From positions 1 through 64,000 of the forward strand of contig JADIIX010000062.1 in the NCBI GenBank assembly GCA_027604505.1: 64,000 nt of DNA, written 5' to 3'. The notes below the pieces were generated by a model, which saw nothing but the letters and a program-made list of their open reading frames with translations, did no database searches and had not been told where the DNA came from. Position numbers and translations under genes: made by a program. Within the stretch, counting starts at the first letter, position 1. The number at the start of each line of letters is the position of its first letter. Source of the stretch: Gonapodya sp. JEL0774 (Eukaryota). Below are positions 27,210 to 40,321 of this stretch, piece by piece.

Positions 27210-30200
27210 ATGTCCGATAACATCAAGATCGCAGTTCGGTAATAGAGACCGTTCTCCTACTAGTCGACTTTTGTGACTCCACACCTACCAATCCGCGACA
27301 GGATTCGTCCGTTCAACGACCGCGAGAAATCTCGAAATGCTCGACTCATCGCGAGCATGCATGACGCTACCACTGAGATTGTCGATCCAGAGAAGGGTGG
27401 AGAACCTCACAAGTTTACTTTCGACTACTCTTTTTGTGAGTATGTCTTTGCTTGCCCAGCTCGTGATGTCATTGGAAAGCGGGGACTCCCGCCTGCGTGC
27501 TCATGAGGGTGTGGACTCCCAGGATGCATGGAGTCCACGTTGTGACGGGTTTCCCAGAGTGACTGGCGGCGAGCGGCTTGTTGGCTCTGAAAGCTAACGT
27601 TGCCATTTGCTTGCCCAGGGAGTCATGATGGGTTTATAGATAAAGATGGAGTTCTTGAGCCGCAAGCAGGGTCGAATGTGAGCGGGATGAAACCTCAAAC
27701 AATGAACAATGGACTAATCGCAGCCTTCAGTACGCCGACCAACGACGTGTGTTTGATGAACTGGGGAGACTTGTCCTGGACAATGCATTGGCAGGCTACA
27801 ACTCGACCTTGATGGTGTGTTGTGCTGCAGGGAAAGACATTCAACGTGAACTCAACAAAGTTAACACCAACAGGCATACGGACAGACAGGATCAGGGAAA
27901 TCATATTCTATGTTCGGCTATGGGAAAAAGTATGTTGAGCCAATCATTTGAAGCACGTCGTGCGCTCTCAACTCTGAGCGATCACAAACAGTCGTGGTAT
28001 CATTCCCATTGTGTGCGAGGAGCTCTTCAAGAAGATATCGAACGGCAATCCGAACCTAGTTTATCAGATGCAGTTCTCTACTATTGAAATCTATAACGAA
28101 CAGGTCCGAGATTTGCTCTCAGACTCTGGTGAAAGCCTCAAAGTACGGCAGAATCCGCAAACAGGATTCTTTGTCGAAGGACTCAAGCAAGTGGCTGTCA
28201 CTTCCTATGCAGAAGTGGAAGAGCTCATTGAGAAAGGAACCAAAAACAAAACTGTTGCAGCCACCAATAGTGAGAAGGAGAAGTGAGATATCCACAAAGT
28301 GCAAATCTCACTCCCTCGCTCATCCACAGTGAACGCGACGTCATCTCGAGCTCATACCATCGTAACTCTACATTTCAGTCAAATTGACAAAATCAGTAAC
28401 ACCGAGAAATTAGCATCCATACATCTGGTCGATTTGGCTGGTTCCGAGAGGATTGCCAGCACAGGAGCTCAGGGGGCTCGTTTGAAAGAGGCCACGAATA
28501 TCAATGGAAGTCTCTCGTGTCTTGGAAATGTCATGTAAGATTGATCCTTGGACTTTGTTTGGATCCAAGTCGAGTTGACGAGGAAATGGTGGGTCAATGT
28601 TGCGACAGAGCTGCCTTAGTTCAACAACAACAAGGGAAGAAGGGTGTCGCCGTTCCCTTCCGTGACAGCGTCTTGACGAAAATTCTTGCCAATTCCCTCG
28701 GCGGCAACTCAAAAACAATCATGGTGTGGTTTTGCTACTCACTTGTCACATGTTCATGATTGCCGTTACTTTCAAAGCCATTCGTTCACATAGATTGCTG
28801 CCATCTCTCCCGCTGATATCAACTACGACGAAAGCCTCTCAACTCTCCGATTTGTGGATCGCGCGAAGCAGATCAAGACATCGGCTGTTGTGAATGAATC
28901 GTCTACCGACAAGCTGATAAGGGAGCTCAAAGAAGAAAATGAAAGGCTTCGAAAATTGTGCGAAGAGAAGGAAAAGATTGGGGGCGGAGAGAGCGCAAAA
29001 GCTGCAGAAGGCATGTCGGAAGAAGGTAACGTAAACAGCACCACCAGTCAGATATAAACTAAAGGCTGATGACGCTCTCGGAGATCAGAAAAGGAAGCTT
29101 TCGAGAAACTACAAAATGAAATCGCCGAGAAAGAAGCGCAAGTAAGGCACCTTGCGGAGCAGAACAAGAGCTGGGAACAGAAGCTGGAGGTAAGGGTGTC
29201 TCTGCCTCACCGTCTAGGCAACGAGCTTAACGTACAATCATTGAAATTACAAGGAAGCAAAGAAGGAGTTCGAAAGGCAAGACGATAAATCTGCTTTGGA
29301 AATCTCCCGCGAAACCACCCCGTGCTTGACAAATCTCAATGAAGATCCACTTCTGAGCAAGATGCTGTTCTGGTTTATCAAGGGTGGTGAACACGTGGTT
29401 GGGAAGAAGCAACAGGACAGCAAAGCTGACATTCAATTGAATGGGTTGGGAATTCAACCTTTGCATTGTGTCATCAAAAATGTGGATGGAGTCCTCTCGA
29501 TCAGCGTGATGAACAAGGCTGCGATAGCTCGAGTCAATGGCAAACTGATAACTGCTGGGAGCGACGTGAGATCATTTTGTGTCTATCCGGTAGTCAATGG
29601 GATCTTACCGTTATTTCTGAACCCACGTTTAGCCGACGACTCTGGCACAAAATGATCGTGTGCTGCTCGGAAATCAATTGTTCCTTGTCAAGTTTCCAAA
29701 AGTTGTTGATGACGCTTCCGAACTTACGTGGATAGCCGCACAAGCCGAAATTGCGAAGGAACTGGGTCTGGGGCAAAGCACTGGCGAGGAACCCATCGAG
29801 TTGCAGAATGTATACGATGAGGTGACTGGAGACGTTCTGTTGCTGTTTTGGAGAGAACTAAATCCCGATATTTGCAGATCATGAGTCTTCTCCCTCTTGT
29901 GACTGAAATCAACACAATCTCAGATACCCTCAAGCAAGGATTAAGGTTCGAGCTCATGGTGAGTGCCTACAACTGCGTCTCCTCACTGAATCGGGAGATT
30001 ACATGAGAATTGTAGGTGACGTCAGCTGACGGTGGCGATGGATCGTTTGGTGATGGCAACGACGGCTACAAAATTCTCATTAAAGTATCTGACACATTGA
30101 AAGGCTTGAAATGGGTCTGGAAAGCAGAGCAGTTCCAGATAGTGGCTATCAAGATTCAAGACTTTTATTCTAGCTACATGTCTTCAAAGGGAGCGGCACT

Positions 30201-31674
30201 TCTACCATACAATCCCTTCGAGTTACCGGTGGAGGACTTTAGGCTGGGCACAGCCGCAGTGGACCTGAGCAAACTGTCGTCGGGCAAGGTCGCGACTTCG
30301 GCCACCCTGATTCGGGACTTCAAAGGGTCGAATGAAGGCTTGTTCCGGGTGGAAGCTTCGATTCAGGTTCAAGGTGGAGAGCTCATAAAAGAAAGCTCAG
30401 AGTTACTGGGCAAAGACTGCGTTGTGAGAATCAAGCTGCTGAGCATCGTAGGACTGAGGTGGAGGAAGGGTGACGTCAAATGTAGCTACGAGTTCTGGAA
30501 CACTCGGATTCGCACAGACTCGGTGCAAGAGGCGACCAACATTACCTTCAATCACGAGACACCTTTCAATGTGACCAAGGTTGACGAATCTTTCCTTGAC
30601 TACATCAAAAAGCCTCTCGTCATCACACTGTGGGGTGATCACTCAAACTCGCTGGAATCTCTGAAGCGCAAGGCACAAGAAGCAGCGCTTCGTGAAGCTG
30701 AAGTGGCACAGGCGCAGACGGTGGTGGACGTAGAGCCATTCAAGGAGGAAATTGCACGTTTGAGTGTGCAGTTGGCCAACAAGGATAAGGAACACACCGC
30801 CGAAATTCAGAAAGTCAGAACTGATGTCGTTTTCAAGACAAAGGTAAATGATGGTGTATTCCAATTCATTAACGTTCAATGACTCGAAACTCTCGTCTCA
30901 CTGCAGCAACTTGCTGACGAGGTGTCTCGCAGTAATGTTCAGCATACTCAGATCATGAGTATGACAGCTCAAATCAATACACTCAATGCGCTGCTACAGT
31001 CTTCCACTATGGAAGCAACACGGATGCAGCAGGTGATTGCCCGCAACAACCAGGGTGGTTTTCTCGACGGATGCTTTGGAACAGCCGAAACTGGGGCAGC
31101 GTACCAGAACTTGCTCACCGAAATCGAAACGCTCAAGAAAGAAAAGCAACTACTTCTTCAAGAATCTTCGAATCTCAAGAGTGATGCGATTTATGTGGCT
31201 TCGAGAGAAGAGACAATGGAGAGGATGACGAGACTCGATGGTTTAGTGAAAGAGATGCACCGCATTGCATATCTCCTTGACCCTGGGCGCGCTTCGATTG
31301 TTGATAATCGACCACCTACGTTGACCGCAACCGGTGAGACGCACTAATCTTTTGTGGGACCCACGATGTCGTATCTTACCGAGACTCTGGGGATTCAAGC
31401 GATTTATCACGATCAGCAAGGTCGCCTCGTCGTTCGCAATCTGCCTGTGCGAATGCAGCAAGGAACACAAAGTGTCGGAGGACAGGTCCTTCCCGCTCCA
31501 AACATTTATAGCGCTCCTCAACCGTACGCAAGTTATGCAGCTAACAACGTCCCACAGGGGTATCCTGCGTACTCTTATCCAGGAAAGCAGGGCACTGCAT
31601 TTCCACAAATGATGATCCAACCTCCGGGTGCCGCATCAGCCAGAAAGCAAACCAATACAGTTGTGCCCATATGA
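27210..31674 (+). CDS. Kinesin-3 motor with an FHA domain (KIF28/KLP-6-like), multi-exon
   Basis: [62 protein letters not shown] plus FHA, then a C2-like and coiled-coil tail. Confidence 0.92.
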
Positions 31675-32226
31675 ATGATGGAAATAACATAAGTGTAGAT
31701 ATTGTGACCAAAAATTGAATTTTGCCTTTGTTGTCTCTATTTGCTGGTGGAGTGAGAAGAATAGCATAACTTTGCTTGGATGGTGGGGCGAAGTTGGGAA
31801 GGCTGACTGTTTCGGAGAAGGAATTCCGGGAATACAAGCAGCTAAATATCTCAGCGAATCAGATGAGTTAGCGTACCCAGGGACGAGAAAGTGTGTTTTC
31901 TGTGTGTTGTTCCAGCCCAAAATTAGCGCTGAAGTTCTTTTGAACACCAAAGAGCCGCCACTGTGGCGGCTGTTGCGGCTTTGTCAGAGGGTACACCGCC
32001 ACCCCAGGAAACAACCAAACCGAAGCTTCCAAGTCTGAATCGCCAACATCCACTCACATTCCCCCACTCGTTAAATTGTTCAACGTGGCAGCTGTGCGTC
32101 CAATTCCTTCCGACCATCCCACTCACTCTGCTTCCAGCCACACTCACACCCTTCTCTTGCCGCTCCTATTTCTCCCTTTCCTCCTCTTCGCCAACTTCAC
32201 TTCCGGACAGATTTGGAAACGTGGAA

Positions 32227-34193
32227 ATGGAAGCACTTAATCTTCGTGAGTACTCACTCGTTGTCCATCACCACTCGGACGCATTTCACTCTTTGTTTCC
32301 CCCGTATGAAACAGTCGCCAGAGTTGTTGACGCCGAGCATGTTGGGCACAAATTCCTCGAGCCAGTGCCAGCGGGATCTCTTCTTGTGAAACGAGCTGAT
32401 TCCTGCACATCTTGTCAAACCTTCTCAAATACTTGGTGCGCAAGACTGGAAGAAATTTATTCACTTGATCAGCATCTCTGAAAACCTTCCCCTCTCTGGT
32501 TTATTTTTTGCACACTCGTTTCGAATCTGTTCCAATACTGTCTTTTAAGCAACTCCTTGTCGACCTCAAACTGCTTGACTTACCTCAAAAATTGTTTGTG
32601 TACCACCGCTCAAGTGAGAATTGTTCTGCTACTGCTAAGTACTTCAGTTAAAGCATCTTCCCTTTCATCGCCCTCTCATCAAGCAAACCGCGTTCGGCAA
32701 TTGTGTTTCTGTGCTTGGTGGAACTCAAGCAAGCACTTACACCGATCTCCTTTCGTCAATCTGCGCTTTGCAGGATTCGTACTTGGCAACTCAAGATTGC
32801 GTCTCCACCTCTGTGCGTTATTTCACATAAGATTCCTCCCTCCGAACCGTGATACTAACGCTTCCCCAACAATCTTTTGCAGGCAGAATTTGGTAGCTTT
32901 TCATCGCTCACCTGCACTGGAACTGGAAGTGGAACGTCAAACACAAAAACTACAGCCTCTACATCCACAGGAGCTGCGAGCTCCGCGTCCACTGCTTCCA
33001 CCTCCGGGGGGGGCGGATCATCACAAGCCAAGGACCCCAACGCCAGCTCAGGGGTCTCCGTTGGGGTGATTGCCGGAGCAGCGGCTGGAGGAGTCCTTGT
33101 GCTGATTGGTATCGTGGTTGCAATCATCTACTTCCGCAAAAAGAAGGACAGTGATGGCCCTGGAAAGAAAGTCACCAGCGGAGCTCAAGGCTACCCGGCC
33201 CCCCCTCCACAAGGATATGCGCCGCCGCCCACACAAGGGTACCCTCCACCTCCTCCCCAGGGATTCCCTCAACCTGGAGCTCAACAGGGTTATGCTCCGC
33301 CACCGGTGGCTCCCACTGGAAACTCCAACTTCTCAGGAGCGACCCAGAACCCTCAGATGGCGTTCGCAGGCCCAACTAACAATGCTGTTTACGCCAACGC
33401 GGCATACCAGAATGCGGCCCCGGTTGCGAAAGACGTAATGGTTAAAGGTCCCCCGCCTTCCTCGTCCTACGGTCCATCATCTTACGGGCCCCCGCAATCG
33501 ATCCCTTTTGTAAACTACAACAGCATGGCTGTTCCGACCTCCTCAAGCTTTGGACAATCTCCCAGCGGGATGCTCCCCGCCGGTGGGTCGCCTCAAAGTG
33601 GTCAGTGGAGTGGTTCTGGCGGCTCGAGGACAACCGCGTTGTCGGGCTTGTCGGGCAGCACAGCGATCCAGAGTGCCAAGTTGTATGAACGGCTGGGTGG
33701 ACAGGACGGTGGCAAAGGTCTCACGATGAACGCACAGGCGACTGCGATTGCCGGATGGAGTGAGTGTTTGGGTCTTCAGTGGTTCAAAAATGTTGGGTAC
33801 TTCGGTATTTATGTTGCGTTTTCGTCTTCCATCTTCCACTTCAGCTCCCAATGCTCCAGATGAGCTCTATATTGCGGAAGGGGATGTGGTGTTGTGCGAG
33901 ACCGTCTTTGCGGACGACTGGTGCTACGGTCAGAACCTCAGCAGGGGCCCTACTGGGTGAGTGGAGTTACTTGCTTTCTTATGGCTATTGGTTGCTCTTT
34001 CCGTTTTTGCGCTCGCTGCGATTGTGTTTGGGATGTAATTCACTCTTTCGCTCTTTCGTACTCCAGTATCTTCCCCGCGGCGATCCTGGGTGACTCACCA
34101 TTTGGGCTTCAAGGTGCACAAACACAAACTAAGATCGGTCCTCGTATTGCTAGTGTGGCTCTAGGAGCGCCTGGGAGCAATGCGTGGAGATGA
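32227..34193 (+). CDS. Single-pass membrane protein with a Pro/Tyr-rich cytoplasmic tail and a C-terminal SH3 domain
   Basis: Ser/Thr stalk, TM helix (VGVIAGAAAGGVLVLIGIVVAIIYF) followed by RKKK, GYxPPP repeats, SH3 (DELYIAEGD...DDWCYG...G|IFP). The start is uncertain. Confidence 0.7.
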
Positions 34194-34466
34194 AGGGAGA
34201 GCCGGTTTCCAGAAGTGGTGGGAGGAGAAGAGGATGGGTTTGAATCGCCGGCGACTTGCTGCCCGACCCCTCTTCGTAATTTTTTACTGTAGTAGAAGCA
34301 ACGTTTCATAGTTTGTAAGACCTGTAATTTTAATTTCAATGATTCGGTACAACTTTTTACCCGGAAACCAGTGACAGTTGTGACTCCGGATTACGGCCTG
34401 AAGCAGCGTTGCTGGCACTCCCGGTTGAGTTAGGTACGGTACCAAAATAATCCGAAACCCAAGAAA

Positions 34467-35595
34467 ATGCCACCGATTCTCATTCGATGCCACTCTCTTC
34501 CACCCGCTTTGTCCGAACTTCAAAGTTCTGGCTATGTTCTTCTTGCAATTTGCCCCGCTGATGCGCCCTGCGCTGCGTTGCTAGGTCGCGGTTCGGAAGG
34601 CCGAACACCCCCCTCCCCCACGATTCAGCTCGTGGTGGACTCGGATCCTGGCTGGGAAAATGCACTTCGTATACTAGAGGGGGCGGAATCAGATGTCGGA
34701 ACTGCAAGAGAAGGGGAGTGGGTAGTCAGCAGAGGAAAGTCTGATGAAGAGACTGGGGAGGGAAGGGCCGGCATGCGGTACCGAGACCTGATACCAGGGA
34801 GGCTAGAAGGATTGGTAGTCGCGAGGTGAGAGGAGTAGGTGGACAATTTTTCACACAGTCGGGCGATAACGTCATCCCCGACGATTGAGTTTGATATCCA
34901 TACCAGACGGAGGCCCCGTGGCAGACTACGTACATCACCATCGAATCCGCTTTCAAATGATCTTTTGCCGCAAGGGATGGGTGAAAGTTGTTTACGAAGT
35001 GAGTTCGCCGGATAGTGCGAAAATCTGCCACACGGATCTCATAATTTCGCTCCAGAACAATGGCCCTCCATTTATTATGCACCCTGGCGACTGCGTGATT
35101 CAACCTCCACACATACGGCATCGAGTTCTAGAATCATCACCGGGTCTCGAGGTCGTCGAGCTCGCTTCACCCGCGATTCATGCCACATTCCCTGACCCCA
35201 GCACTATCCTACCCAACACTGCCGTCGACCCTGATAAAGTCTATAGTGGTCAAAAGTTTGTACGCCATGTCGCAGAGAATGCCACATGGCGCTCATCAAA
35301 CCTACAGGGATGGGAGGAACGAGACCTGGGAATTGCTGCAGCAACTGGTGGAGCGTACGCGTCAAGAGTGCATCGAGCACTGGCGTTGGGCAGGACCAAC
35401 ATCCGTCATGACCATGAAATGGTCTTTTGGTTTGTGCTATCCGGTAAAGTTGAGGTTTCGCGAGGTGCAGGTGAGGGAAAACTGTCACTAGGGGAGGGTG
35501 ATTCGGTAGTTTTACCTGCTAGACAAGATGCTCTCGTCGAGGGCGACGTTGGAACACAGTTACTGGAAGTCGAGTTTAGGAGGGTGAAGCAGTAA
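34467..35595 (+). CDS. Bacterial-type double cupin protein with two introns
   Basis: GRAGMRYRDLIPGR, GGPVADYVHHHRIRFQMIFCRKGWVKVVYE, GDCVIQPPHIRHRVLE, second cupin HDHEMVFWFVLSG; introns 34826-34889 and 34999-35055. Confidence 0.82.
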
Positions 35596-36168
35596 CTTTG
35601 CTCATACCTTAATTAATAGGTAACAAACGTGAAAGGCACATACACTTCGTGTCGCTTGCCGTAAACAAACTATATGTAAAACATCGGATGACCGGCATTA
35701 ATGTTTCCAGTTCCATCGACGGGACTGTGGTGAGATTCCGCATTTAGTAGGGATGATTGAACTATTCGAAACATATTATGAGTGGAGTGGGGAAAGCAAT
35801 TTATCCTTCGTATGACGCTTCACTATGCTCATGTGACTCAGGTTCATTAGAGCCTGAGTTGCTCCATGGGCGCGTTCCATGTAAATTCAACGCTCCTGCA
35901 GAGTACATTCATCTAAGCTCGCTTCACTGGTTGCAAAGTACTCTCCTCAAAGCAAAATAAACTTATGACCGACATTCCAGTGTCGTTCTCAACCAAAGTA
36001 CCGGGGGTTTGAGGGATCAAATTGATCACTAAGGCCACCTAAGAGGCAACCGACTGAGACCCTCACTCAAATTGTCTGAGATCTGACACGCTGTCACGGC
36101 CTGGAGTCCTGGTACTAGCGGGTGAAGTTATTGCGAGAATCACCAGAGGCGGGACAGTGTGGCAAGAC

Positions 36169-39100
36169 ATGGACGGGAAACTGATTGACGCAATTGAAGT
36201 TGGACGTCTCGATTTAGTGGAATCACTGCTGAAGGACGGCGCCAATGCCAATGCTCGAAAAAAATTGACGCTTTTGGCCCTTGTCCACAATAACAATTCG
36301 GTTTCGGACAAAGCCGGGCCCACCAAATGGGTGACAAACAAACTCACGCGGTCGCCTAGTGGGGGTCACGAGAGCTGCTCCGATAGCGTCGACGTGGAGT
36401 CGGCTCTCGGATTAGCAGTCAGGGACTGTCGTGTCGACATAGCTCAGGCCCTGATTAAGGCCGGAGCGGATGCCAACACCGCCGTAGAGTGGAGAATCGC
36501 AGCGACTCACCGAGTCGGAAATTGGTCGCGCGAGAAATGGGCCAATCGCTATCGGTTTATGAGCTTCAATTCCTCTTTGGAGCTCGCACTGCAGACTGGC
36601 CCCATGCAATTTAATAAAAGCGGATCTCAGATCATTCTTGACAATCCCATCAGTTCTGAGTGAGTTTCAGTGAGTTTATGGCGTTTACGTAATTCCGACG
36701 ATCACATTTTGTTTGCATGCTTCTCCACCATTCCAGTGCAGTGGCTGAAAGCTACACTCTCACCCCTAATCTTGAGATGGTTAGACTTTTGGTCGTGGCA
36801 GGCAAGGCTCATATCACAAAAAGAGTACTGGAATTTTCACGCCTCCTTGCCCCGCCGTTCGTGGAATATTTGACCTCCCGCGTTACTCATTTCGAGAATA
36901 CTGAGAACTCTGCAAGTATTGGAGCGATCCCGTCCAGTGGCACATTTTTCCGAGTTCCCTATCCCTACTTCGAGCGAATTGTCCCACCAGAACACTCAAG
37001 GAGCAGTCAGTTCCAGCTCAAACAGCCCTTGGAACTCAGAATTGGAACGGCCGTGAGTTTGTAGGGACAGGTTGAAAGCAAAGGCGAAGTGTATCCGATA
37101 TTGCTGATTTCATTCCTGAATAGTTTACAGCAGCGACAACCGATGAAATTTCCTTGCAACCTGGCGAGGCTGTTCGACTTGAAACCGTGTACCCCGACGG
37201 TTGGGGTTATGGTAGTAACTTGGTTCGTGCACTGGCATGCGCCTTGCTTAACTTTCTTATCTCCTGTTGACTCTGTATCAATTTTGCAAACAGGAATCCC
37301 AGGCTTACGGCATGTTTCCTTTAAATGCACTTCAGTTTGATGCCCCTCCTCACACCGGCGGGATCCCTATTCCCGTGCCATCGCCGGCGATTCCACTCCA
37401 AGGCCTCTCTTCTACTTCCTCGATTCCTCTATCTGGGCCTCTCCTTGCCGGATTCTCCTTCACCAAGTCCCTCGAATTGCCTACATTGCCACCATCTAAG
37501 AATCTCCAGAACGTAGACAATAGCACTCCTGAGGGTACTAGCAGATCCGCCGAGCCTCCTACTGTTGTCCTCCTATCTGACGATATGGCTGTGCGTCCGT
37601 CACCACCTTACCGGTCAGCGTCTTTGCAGGGGACATCTGGGGCCACGTTTCAGGCCAAGATTGGCTACACTCCATTTAGTGAGGATGAGCTCGAATTACA
37701 AGTGGGTGACCTCATTATTGAGGAAAGATCTTACAACGATGGTTGGAGTTTTGGGTACGTCTGAGCACTCAGTCACACAAGTGTCCCTGGCTAAACACCC
37801 CTCGCTCTCCTTGCTCTCCGCCCATATTTGATAGGATTAATAAGAAGACCGGTAAAAGAGGGTTCTATCCGCAGAATTTTGTGAGGGCACATTTTAAGGG
37901 AAAAGGAGAGCTGGAGGAATCTGCCAGGGTCCCAAAGGATTCGATCCCACTCGTCCACCAATCTGTCATTCCACGGCAGACTGACGCAGTGCAACTCCTT
38001 GCAATATCTGCGGCCCGCCAGAGTGAGTGCGAAGCGCACAAATCTTTTATGTCAATGACGTACGAAATGTGAAAAATTCATAATGGGAACAGACCTTCCT
38101 GTTCTCCTTGTCGTGACTGCGTTCCCTGGCAACGAGTCTGCCAGCGAGCTTGTCCTTCAAGTCGGTGATCACATCCAGGAGCTCCGCAGAGAGGACGAAG
38201 GTTGGAGTTTTGGGTGTGTGATCAACTGGCTATTTCTTTCACGGCATCGGAATCAAACGTTTTGTTGTCTTTTCTTCTCCCTTACTAAGATTGAATGTCT
38301 CCACAAATCGATACGGAATATTCCCCCGGAAATTTACAACAACAATGCCATCCTCCACTCCTCTCACACCCCATTTTGCCCCTTCACCAACATCCGCTTT
38401 CCCCATAAGTGGGTCATTACCAATAAACTCAGCGACAGCAATTCGTCTGCCAACCCGAGATGAAGCTTTTTGGGGTAATTGGTTCGCCAACAGTGTCCCA
38501 GATATCCTTGTTTCGCAGCCCACCAGCGCGAGTCCCTCTTCCTCTGTCTTAAATACCTCTCATCATGAGAATCCCATGTTGGAGACGTCGATTATTGCTC
38601 CTGCTCTATACGGCAGTAGCGTCCATCCACCAACTGAGTTTTCAACCCCACAAAGCTTGCAGCAAATAGGAGACAAACCAGCGGATAACGAGTACACATC
38701 AGAACCTTTCCTGGTGGTGCTACCTCAAGATGATGGACCGAGCTCATTGACAGTGCAATCTGGGGCGCCTCGGACAACTGCTGCAATATCTCCGGAGGGA
38801 CGAGTTATTGATCCTGACCCTGATAGTACAGACCTGCTTCTGGACTTCTCTTCCTTTCCCCTCTTTGCCGACTCTCCTATCTGTTCTCACTCTCTTGCAG
38901 AACAAGCATTACCCTCTGCGGGCCCACGCAGTTTGCCTGCAGCCCACCAGTCAAGCTTATCAGATGCTCGAACTGTAGCCTCTTCGTCCTCAAGCGTGAA
39001 TGAGAGGGTGATCCGAAGATCTTCAACGCGACGTGGTGTCCTCGTCAACAAAGATGCAGTCAGCATTCGTCATGAAGTGAAAGTTGGGAGTGGGGGATAC

Positions 39101-40086
39101 AGCGATGTATGTGAAGGAAGTTGGAGGGGCACCTCAGTTGCATCAAATTTCTCAAATTCGACCCATTGACACCGGTTGAAGACGTTGAGAAAGTGAGAGA
39201 ATTCGCCAATCTTTGTTGTACGATCTCGGCTGCTGTTGTGTTGATTATCGTTGGAACCTCGGTTGAATTGCCTAGGCGTTTCTCACAGAAGTCACAACAT
39301 GGTGTGAGATTGGAGCGCACCCAAACATTCTTCCTTTGTTGGGTGCACATTGGGATCCTTTAAGACCATACATAGTTTCCGAGCTGATGGTAAACGGCAA
39401 CGTAATGGAATACCTCAGGCGCACCCCACAGACCCCAAGGGGCAAGGTTCGCTTGGTACGTTCTCAGATTTGCTCGCTGTGTGTAGTGGTCGTTTCAGAC
39501 AGTGTACTGACCACACTCGTCTGGCGGAGGCAGCTTTGTGACATCGCTGCCGGAATGATGTTCCTGCACGATGATTGCCAAATTGTCCATGCCGATCTGA
39601 AGCCCCAAAATGTGCTGGTGGATGGTCTTGGGCGAGCTGTTATAATGGACTTCGCATTCAGTAAGAGTCTTGACAACTCTGTGTCGGAGCAGATCACCAC
39701 CGGCCGACGGTGTGGCACTGTCGCCTATATGTCGCCTGAACGTCTGCAAAAGCGTGCCACAACTAAAAAGGGCGATGTTTACGCTTTTGCCATGAGTTGC
39801 TACCGGGTAAGTGGCTGCAATTGGGAACCCCACACGCACCAACCCACCCCCCACACCCCACCCTCAGATCTGGACCGGCAAATCACTATTTCCTTCTGAT
39901 CTCGACAACTTTGCGATACATGAAGCAGTCGTTAATGATGATATTCGTCCTCCTTTGGGGCCTTCAGATGACATGCCTCCTGCACTGGAGTACCTCGTGC
40001 GCGCTTGCTGGGAGAGAGATCCCGAAAAAAGGCCAGAGTTTTCCGTCATCATGGCAAGACTTGAGGGTCTCCTCAAAGCTATGTGA
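36169..40086 (+). CDS. Ankyrin-like repeats, two SH3 domains and a TKL-type protein kinase; apparent 1-nt frameshift near 39141
   Basis: LIDAIEVGRLDLVESLLKDGANAN; SH3 motifs DELELQVGD and SELVLQVGD; kinase motifs GSGGYSDV, VAIK (frameshifted), HADLKPQN, DFA, YMSPE, DVYAFAM and CWERDPEKRP. Confidence 0.8.
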
Positions 40087-40321
40087 TATTTCCTTGAGTC
40101 GTAGTGTTTCTGCGTGACTTGGTTCGTAATCCCTTACACTAATATGACATCATAAGTATGGGTAGAGTGGTGTCATGTAGTCCTGAATAAAATTTGGTAT
40201 TACGCATGTTTGGTCACGGGCGTGTGGAGAGGCAGGCTCTAAGGACGGGGGACAAATTTCCAACGAACAGGAGCGCGAGAGCCGGAAACGCTCCACAGGC
40301 CCAGTACAGGCCCGCACCGAA

